Shown here: positions 35,980-43,933 of the stretch, piece after piece
How the letters are laid out: each line of letters begins with the position of its first letter
Position numbering within the stretch: position 1 is the stretch's first letter
NCBI GenBank assembly: GCA_000826855.1
Contig: JTLS01000026.1
Coordinates: 1-43,933 of the forward strand
Direction of reading: 5' to 3'
Source of the DNA: Basidioascus undulatus
Lineage: Eukaryota
Length of the DNA stretch: 43,933 nt
Translations under genes and position numbers: made by a program
The notes under the pieces: model-generated
What the model saw: the letters and a program-made list of their open reading frames with translations, nothing else
What the model was told of the DNA's origin: nothing
Databases searched by the model: none

Positions 35980-37154
35980 TTACCCCTGCAGCTTCTCCTC
36001 CTCCCACTTCAACCAACCCTCAACCAACCACCGATTCCTCTCCCTCACGTCCCCGTCCTCCCTGAGCTCGTCCCACTCCCTCCTCCGTCCGCCAGTCCCG
36101 CCCTGCTCCTCCGCGACCTCTTCCTCCCACACGCCGCGCGCCTCATCAACAACTAGCCCGCGCGCGCGCGCCATGCGCAGGAAGCGCGCGATGGGCTCGC
36201 GCCCCGTGTGCGCGCCCGAGACGACGAGGATGCGCGCTTCGCTGGTGCGCGCGAGAGTGCGCGTGAGCGTGGAGAGCAGGGAGGGATGCGAGAACGCGTT
36301 CCAGAGGACGTCGGCTAGGAGGATGAGCGAGAAGCCGGAGGGGGAGTAGCTGCGGGGAGAGGAAGAGGCGTCAGCGAGTTGGATGAGAGAGGGGAGGAAC
36401 AGGGGAACACGCACTGCTCGAACTCGTCCACGGACTCGCCCCAGATGTGGCCGACTACCTTGGCACGCGGGCGGAGAATTTCAGGGACGTTTTTACGCAC
36501 GTTTGCGCGGAGGCAAGAGATGAGCGCCTCGTCGTCGTAGTCGCTCATGACAGTCTTTCCGCACCCAATCATCATATCAGTTCATGTCCACGCAAACGTC
36601 CGAACTATAACGGAAAGGGGGAGGGAAAAGGGAGAAGGGAGGAGGGAGAGAAAGATGAGATTGGGACGAAGGAAGCAGACTCACCAACTCTGCCCCCCTC
36701 AGCGCACACAGTATCCCCGGCAGCCCCGTTCCCGCCCCCAACTCCAGCACGCGCTTCCCTCGCACGCCGACTCGTCCCTCAGCAATCGCGTCCGCGACGC
36801 GTAGCCCCGCGCGCCACTGTCTGTGCGCGAAGAGCTGCGAGATGGACGGAGCGGGGCAGGTGAGGTGGAGGCCTCCTTCGGGGAGGATAAGGTCGGCGGA
36901 GGGAATTGGGGTGTAAGTGAATGTAAACGAGGGTGATCCGAAGTTGGGCTGTGGGGGAAGGGCGCGGTGAAGGAAGGGGTTAGTGGGGAAGGAAAAGCAG
37001 GTGAGCGAGCGCGAAGGGAAGGGGCGTGTACAGGAACGTGCGGCGTCGAGAACGTCTGGCGGAAGGCGGTGAGCTCGTCGGTTTGGGCAGTCTCCGCCTC
37101 TGAGGTACGCGCAGCAGTGGGCTCCGCGGTGGGAGCTGGAGGAGCAGGATCCAT
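35980..37154 (-). CDS. SAM-dependent protein methyltransferase, Methyltransf_16 family (Efm7/Nnt1-like)
   Basis: LFAHRQWRAGLRVADAI, GKRVLELGAGTGLPGI (motif I), VMSDYDDEALI, VVGHIWG, LILLADVLW and SGAHTGR; GT-AG introns; stop at 35980. The 5' exon structure is approximate. Confidence 0.85.
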
Positions 37155-37589
37155 GGATGCTGAACGCGCAGGTCTAGGGTATCGCGCGAGCACCGGGGCG
37201 AGGGTATGTACAGCTCTAAGGGGGAGGAAGGAAGAAGGGTATTCTGCGGTAGTTGTGCAACAAGGAAAATCCGTGGGGTGTTGGTGGTAAAAGGTCAAGA
37301 CGAAGGGCGAGGCCTTGGGCGAGAGGAAGGAGGAAGACGTCCAAGAGGTCACGAGAGAGAAGGTGAACCCGTAGCGCCACAACAGTATGAGGTAAACCCA
37401 TCCCAGTCATGGCATGTCCAAGCTCTAACAGCTGCAGATTACGGTGTTCGATAGTCTTCAAGTATAATGCATGCGATACACTGCAGTTGTCAATCTGTGC
37501 CTTTCCTTAGGCTACTTTGAGCAGATTCTTCTCCCTGGATCCTCCCAACGGCGGAAACATCAACACTTCTTGACGTCGACCCCTCACAA

Positions 37590-37935
37590 CTGCAACTATT
37601 CTCGATGCCCTTGACGAGTTAGGGTGATCCCATCAGTCTTGCGAAAAACTGCGTGTGTGCCACCGCAGGCGACAGTCAACTTCCGTTGCAACTGGGTGGA
37701 AATACGATCCTTGCTCACCTCCCTGCTGAAGAATCCACCGTGTCCGGGGAAAAGATTGAACGTTTTTAGGTTCCGTCTACAAAGGAGGCCAAGCCGAGGT
37801 CTTGGACGAGCTGCTCCACGCCGGCGATGTGCTGATGGAAAGCCTGGGCGTCAAGAAGGTCTCTGTGAAGAGTAATCACGTAGACCACGTCCTCTGCGAC
37901 GTCCTGAAAGGGGGACGAAGTGCGAGCCTGCGCAG
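37590..37935 (-). pseudogene. Peptidase inhibitor I9-like relic, copy A
   Basis: VYVITLHRDLLDAQAFHQHIAGVEQLVQDL..., GGFFSRE|gtgagc..cag|FFARLMGSP*LVKGIE, with stop codons and a frameshift. Clearly paralogous to 38215-38610. Confidence 0.5.
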
Positions 37936-38214
37936 TCGAGCTTGGATGAGGTGTCCTCACGAAAGGTGGCAACAAGAACGGGAACGAGAAAGTTGCGAAA
38001 TGGATTTTCTCTTCAAACTAACCACGCACACCCTGACTCTTACAACTGGATCTGAAGATTTCAGTTTCGAGTAAGAACTATAATGGAAAGCCACCGCACT
38101 AGATATGCAGTGAACATTGTAGTCGTGGATTATTTAACGTGGAGAGAGTCGAATGCAGTCGGGCGCGTTGCCCATTCAAAGGATCCAAACACATTTCCCC
38201 CGGAGCTCCCCAAT

Positions 38215-38610
38215 AGCATTCAGAAAAGTCGACCTCCCCCGTCGCCGCTGGAAAGACGGCGGACATCCTTAACGAGTTCCAGTGAGGGAACAGCCTTGCG
38301 AAGAACTGCGTGCGCCTCACGACGATGTCCTTCAACTGCTCCCCTCGCAAGTCAGGTGAAGCAGGATCCCTTACTCACCTCCCTACTTAAGAACCCAACA
38401 TATCCCCCCCAAATCCTCGAAGTCGTGCACGCCCGGGGCGCCATCGACACGCGAGGCCAAGTGAAGGTCCTGCACGAGCTGCTTGACCCCGGCAATGTGC
38501 TGATCAAAGGCAGGGGTCTCAAGGAGCTCTTCGCCAAGGGAAACAATGTAGACCCCGTCGTCTCTGACATGCTCGAGCGGGGGCGCGATGTCAGTCTTCT
38601 CGGCGCACAT
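38215..38610 (-). pseudogene. Peptidase inhibitor I9-like relic, copy B
   Basis: APPLEHVRDDGVYIVSLGEELLETPAFDQHIAGVKQLV..PGVHDF..GYVGFLSRE|gtgagt..cag|FFARL..ELVKDV resembles the I9/subtilisin propeptide pattern YIVxL..F..H...HxF..GYxGxF. Frameshifts present, one in a G7 run at ~38405. Confidence 0.55.
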
Positions 38611-39118
38611 TAATTTCTTTTCTGTAAGAACCAAGAGAGTTAAAGTATTAGTTCAACCGTAGACGATTTGCATTACGGTAAAGGACCTTCCAAGGAAACA
38701 GGTTTCTGATAGGTCTGCGTTTTCGAGCTTTTAAATCTGGCCAGGACTTCGGAATCAAGACAAGAGCCATGATAAGTTCTCTGATATTTGACTGGCATAA
38801 GAACTAAAGAGATGCAGAGCGGTAACAAGCCGACAGCACCGCTGGAACGAAGCAAGGCGGGAGCCTTGCTTCGACGCTCTGTCTCTTTCCAACTTCCACG
38901 ACCATCACCACCACCTGTCCACGGAGGTATTCATGCACCACAAGACTCATTCCAAGTCATTTTTCACAAAGGGAGCACATTTAACAGTGTCTCCCTGAAA
39001 GCTGTCGACACACGATCGTGTGTTTCGAGCGCGAGCTGTCAACGGGTGTCCCAGCGGCTGCAGGATCCTCTTCCACGAAGTGGAGCTTCTCGGCGACGAC
39101 CATGAGTCGTTGGGGAAC

Positions 39119-39994
39119 CCAGTCGCCGGCATCTTACGATGCTGATGGAGGGGAAGGCGGAGCCGCGGAGGACGGACCCGTTCAGGCCGGCTGGGTCCCG
39201 CCACTCGCCTGGGTGGATGCGGATGAAGGAGATGCGCTCGGGAGGGGGTAGGGGAGCGGAATAGAAGGGAGAAAGGAGGCGCGAATACGCTCTCCAGCAT
39301 GTCTGAATTGAAGATGAGAGGCAAGAAAGTGTCAAGAGTTCGGACGTCGAATCGGAAAGGCGCACAGCGTAGGAGGATTTCTGGAGGCACAGGCAACGTG
39401 CTGTCAGCATCCGCCAAGGCTATGTACTACTGTGGGAGGCTTACAGGCCACCATATGATAGTAATGAGTGACGAATTGGTTCACATCTTTGGTAAGGAAC
39501 TGTTAGGCACACATGCGAGTGTATGGAGATCGTAAGCTGACTGGCAGGAGGAGGGCAAGCGCCCAAGAATGGGACAGGCAGGCAGGCAAACGTACGCCCC
39601 CGATCTTGGTCGATGTAGAGCCCAGAATCTCTCGAGCCTCATTAGGATCGATAATGCGGACAGTACCGGGCGTGGGCTCGTTCGGGATTGGGCCCAGCGG
39701 GACAGGAAAGCTCATGATCAAGTTGAGCGCGGGTAGCTTCTCGGGGCTCGAGGTGACGATGTAGAAGGTCCAACATTGAATCCAGGGGTGTGGGCGCGGA
39801 GTTGCCTCCGCGATGGGGTGCCCCTCCGCGTGGAGCTCGGCGTCGAGGTACTCGTTTCCAATGGGTGAGTGCGAGGCGGGATTGCGGAAGGTGAAGGTGG
39901 GGCGAATATCGAAAGTGCTGAGTACGAAATACGGGAGAAGAATGGACAATATGAGAACCAAGTACAGGCGCCGAGGTTGCGGGGTGCGGCTCAT
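39119..39994 (-). pseudogene. GT61-domain glycosyltransferase copy 2, N-terminal half
   Basis: MSRTPQPRRLYLVLILSILLPYFVL anchor; AHTPGF (small deletion) TFYIVTSSPEKLP; EPTPGTVRIIDPNEAREILG; FVTHYYHMVA; GEWRDPAGLNGSVLR..AFPSISI..DAGDW, ending abruptly at 39119. Colinear with copy 1. Confidence 0.8.
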
Positions 39995-42991
39995 GCTGGC
40001 GATTTTGGCGGTGAGAAGACAAGGAACGGCGGATGATCAGGGGCCGTTAAACGCGGTTGAAACAGTGTGCTATTGTGCTTGAAAATGAATCGCTATATTA
40101 ATCGAGTACTTGTGAGTTCTGAGTGCGAATATCAGCTTCTTTGAGGCGGTGAGCGCTCGAGCCTGCGAATGAATCGGTGTCTGGACTATGTGAGGCTGAC
40201 CGTACTAACTGTCTCCGGCTATCACCGCCTCGGGCGTGTCGCACACACGTTGAGAGCTCCTGGAATACTAAATTGTGGTCTTGTATCCTGTACCAAATGC
40301 GCAACACGATGAAGAGGATGACTGGCGTGCAATTGCCATCAGACTAGTGGGGTAACGTCCCAGCACCGCATTCCGGTTTAGGCAATTGCAGCGGCAAGCA
40401 TTACAGGAGTTCAGTCAGCGAAGCGAAGACTTCTTCTTGTGAGTTGGTAAGACGTGATGGTATTACAAGTCTCCCAAAGAACCCATCGGCTGGGGATCAC
40501 GATGGGCTGGTGTTGGCGAGGAAAAGGGGTCGCAATTAACAAACTGACACGAGGCTTCCTTGGGTTCCTCTGCACAGCGAAAGGTAAGCAGTCTGAGGGA
40601 GGCCGGGGAGGTTACCTAATCAGAACATTCGGATGACCGGAATTGCAGTGCGGACCGCCATGCGTGTCAGGACTGCCACACAGTCGCCTCAAGTGGCCAC
40701 AGTTCATTGCAGTTGCTCATAGACTGGTTTGACCATTGTCGCCGTCGAAGTGCTGCTCCTTCCAGCACGTTCCTAATATCGGATTGGTGCAAAAGACTAT
40801 CCTCCCTGTATCTGTTCTGGGACTTTCGGAACGGCGCTCATCGTATTGCCCAACCGCCTGCTTGCCTGCGGCACAGGCCCCTTCAACCCCGCCGATTCAA
40901 ACGTCCGCTTCAGCGTAGCCATCTGTCACCCGCCTCGCTCTCCCCTTCATGTCTCGCGTACCAAAGTACGCATTGAAATGTTGTCTGGTTGACAAGCATT
41001 CCCCTTTGTGAATCGGCGAAAGAGATACTACGATTGTGTGGGTCTGGAGAGCACAGCGAGCACGTCTTTCATCTTCATCCTCATTCACCCACCACACCCT
41101 TCTTCGCTCAACCCTTCTGTCTAATATTCGTTATTCTGGCTTTGGGGTTGATAGCTCCTCTCGCGGCTGGTCGTATTGAGCTTGGGAGTTGCCGCGCACG
41201 ATTTGGAGGGGCGGAAAGCTGCGGTGCGTTCTTTGCGCCTCACACCACACTTTGAGGCTTAACAACTCCCTTCCGCAAATAATGCGGAGACAAGGGTACA
41301 CCTTATCCCCCTTCCCTTGTTTGTCCACACTGCTGACTTGTGTTCTCCGGCCCACAGCGATGGATCGTCGCCAGTACCGAGACCACCTCCTTTTCCTCCT
41401 CCGACTCCCCCTCCGAATCCTCTTCCGAATTTTCATCAGAGACGTCGGCCTCCATCCACGACACCACCCCACTTTGACACCAACCTCGACCCGCCGCATC
41501 ACATCTGCCAACCCCTCGACGTTCACGCGCAGCACCCCTATTAACACGTACGACATCGGCAAGTACGCGACGATGAACGCTGCTGTGGGAAAGCTCAGGA
41601 ACGTGGGTGCCGGGGGGTTGGAGTGGGCGGGTGTTGTTTCAGCCGGGCGGGGGATGTGCAATTTAGATTGCTGGGGTTGGAGATCCGGGTGCGGGTTCGT
41701 GCACGAACGGACTGGGTTAGACAGAGGTTATCATAGAGCGGTGCTCCGGTGGCGTGCTCAAGTGAGAAAGAAAGTGTTCTTTTGATTATTTCCTCAAAGA
41801 GAGTGAAGCCCGAACCGAACTCTTCAAGTTTTAGGTAAGAATACCGCTTCTACTTGGGCATTGGGGATCAACCGCGCTCTTCCGCTCTTCTCTTCGAGAA
41901 ACATGCCCTCTCAAGTGTCGAAGAACCACAGTAGATTGAATTGTTGGATGGAGTCCTTTGAGTCTTTTCCGACAATGAGGTATGGGGGAGCCGTGTGCGT
42001 GCATTTTTGGCCCGAGACGCAGCAGCCGGTGGTATGAGGGCCTGCGTCCTCATAGTGGATTTCGAGCCGACTCTGGATCAGTTCGTGCTAATGTAGACTA
42101 CCAAATTTTAGTTGTCGATTACACAGAGGGCTGAACTGGGCGATAATGAGTCAGTTTGCGTTGTAGACCCAACAAACAGCCATAGCGTGTGGGAGTACCC
42201 CGTTAGGCCGCATTGGTCACATTACAGAATAGGGGCAGCAACACTGTACGGAGATCGAAGATAAGCATTTACATAAAGATTTCCTTTAGATCAATACAAC
42301 AACAGTGGCGGGCTGTCTAATTGCCAGGCGCTGACTTCAGTGACAGTCCATGGATTCGATGGTTTCTGGGCCCTGCCCTCGAGGAAATCTCTTAGGAAAG
42401 TCCTGGAACATTCCAGAAGATATTTCTCCCATTCTGTTAAGAACCGCCTTGGCATGTTTGGCGCTGATGCGACTATACGTGGAACCGAACGATAGCCGCA
42501 AGGGTGCCGTTCTCTCTTGTTCTCCTGCGCCTTTATGAACGGGTTCCAATCTCGAATGCTTGATAGGATGGCACAAGCATGAAAGGAACGAGAGCGACGT
42601 GGAGGAGGACGAGAGGACGAGAGCCGGCAAGAGCCGGAGACATGCAGGAGGAAGATGTGCAGCGTTCTGCATCTTCGCAAGTCGACCCGCTCGCCACGCC
42701 GGCCCGCACACTCACCTTCAGTATGTGAGCGCTTGCAGCTTGCTTGTATGATGACGAAGGTCAAACTGCAACAGAGAGAGTACCGCTGCAAAGAAGACAG
42801 CAGGTTCAGTTCACGTGACCGTGCGTCATGATCTTCAAGCACTTCGCCGAAGGGAGAAGGCGCGTCCTCCTCGCCCTCACCTCACCCTCATCCGCACCCC
42901 ATCCTCCTCGTGCGTCCCAATTTCAAGTCCACATTTGTCCACAAACTTACATCAAAGTTTGGACTCTGGCACCAATCCCTCCAGTTATTCG

Positions 42992-43933
42992 ATGTTCAAA
43001 AAGCCCTACTCCCCAAAGACCGCCTCCGCCCTGCGCTCGTCCGACCGCCGCAAGCTCGCCGCGCAGGTCGCGAGCGCGTACGGCCTCGCGGACGACGTTG
43101 CGAAGCGGCTTGTGCCCGAGGGGCTGCAGTCTCAGAAGTTCTTGACGCATTTGGATGAGCAGGGTGTGAGTCGCTGGACGGAGTGGGGAGGGAAGAGGAG
43201 AGACTGATGCGTGAGGGGACGGAACAGTCTTTGTACCTCTCCCCGGCTGGAGACCCGCTCTGGTTTACGGTCGGGTTTGAGCAGGGGTTGATACCCACCG
43301 GTGAGTCCTAATTGCGCGTCTGCAGTTTATGAGGACACGCTTGACCCTTCTCTCCCGTCCGAAGTGTACACCCTCTGGGCGCACCCCACCCTCCTCCCAA
43401 CCCTCCAAACCCACGCGCCCGTAATCGAAAAGTGCTTGCCATCCCCACTCCCTTCGCCCTCCCTCATTTCTTCCCTCCCCGTCGCTCACCTCCTCCCCGC
43501 AGGTTAATATCCGGCGCGGACCTAATGGCCCCCGGCCTAGCACACAAGTTCTCCCCCTCCCTGCTCCCCGTCCTCCGCGCAGGCGACCTCGTCGCCATAA
43601 CCGAGCACGCCACGCGCTTCCCGCCTTTGGCAGTCGGGCGCATGGCCGTCGACACGGCTGCGCTTGGGCCGGACGCGGGGGGGAAGGCGGTGCTGGTGTT
43701 GCATGCTTGGGAGGACTGTTTGTGGAATGCGGGGAGCAGGCCGGGGAGGAGGGAGGTGGAGGTGGAGAGTGAACCGCAGCCGGAGGGGGAGGCGAAGGGG
43801 GAGGAGTTGAGCGAGAAGGTGGACGGCTTGGCGCTGGAGGATGGGCAGGACGCGCGTCCTCCCGCTGCGCAAGAAGCGGAGCTCACCGTACCCGGTGCGT
43901 TCCCCTCCTCCCTCCCTCCCCTTCCCGCCACAT
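42992..43933 (+). CDS. Translation initiation factor eIF2D / Tma64-like protein (PUA/SUI1), 5' part; runs off the window
   Basis: MFKKPYSPKTASALRSSDRRKL, GDPLWF, LIPT|VYTLWAHPTLLP, VIEK|LISGADLMAPG, GDLVAI, PLAVGRMAV and GKAVLVLHAWEDCLW; GT-AG introns. Confidence 0.85.

Noticed and set aside
42291..42842. 183 aa minus-strand ORF upstream of eIF2D
   Set aside because: No recognisable motif or supporting splice structure.
1..43933. tRNA, rRNA, CRISPR arrays, telomeric or long tandem repeats
   Set aside because: None seen by eye; a covariance-model scan was not possible.

Overview
This is GC-rich, intron-dense fungal DNA; the gene set and splice style point to a basidiomycete (inference). The centre is an apparently intact, divergently transcribed ferrichrome-type siderophore locus. 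It has an L-ornithine N5-monooxygenase (minus, 11646-13657) and a ~16.4 kb NRPS with A-T-C-A-T-C-A-T-C-T-C-T-C architecture (plus, 16700-33132), each with an ATCTGATAA iron-repressor box upstream. Around it lies a set of decayed xylosylation genes, recognisable only after manual splicing and frameshift correction: a head-to-head UDP-glucuronate decarboxylase / UDP-glucose dehydrogenase pair, a GT90 (Cap10/Cxt1-like) glycosyltransferase and two GT61-domain (Cap64/Cas3-like) paralogues. The second GT61 gene is cut in two by a ~4.5 kb inversion (34633-39118) whose left breakpoint abuts a DIRS-type retroelement remnant. Also present are a small secreted Cys-rich pacifastin/VWC-like ORF, an Efm7/Nnt1-like methyltransferase, two tandem I9-inhibitor-like relics and the 5' part of an eIF2D/Tma64-like gene. 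All family assignments come from motifs recognised by eye, with no database search. Exon boundaries are manual and approximate.
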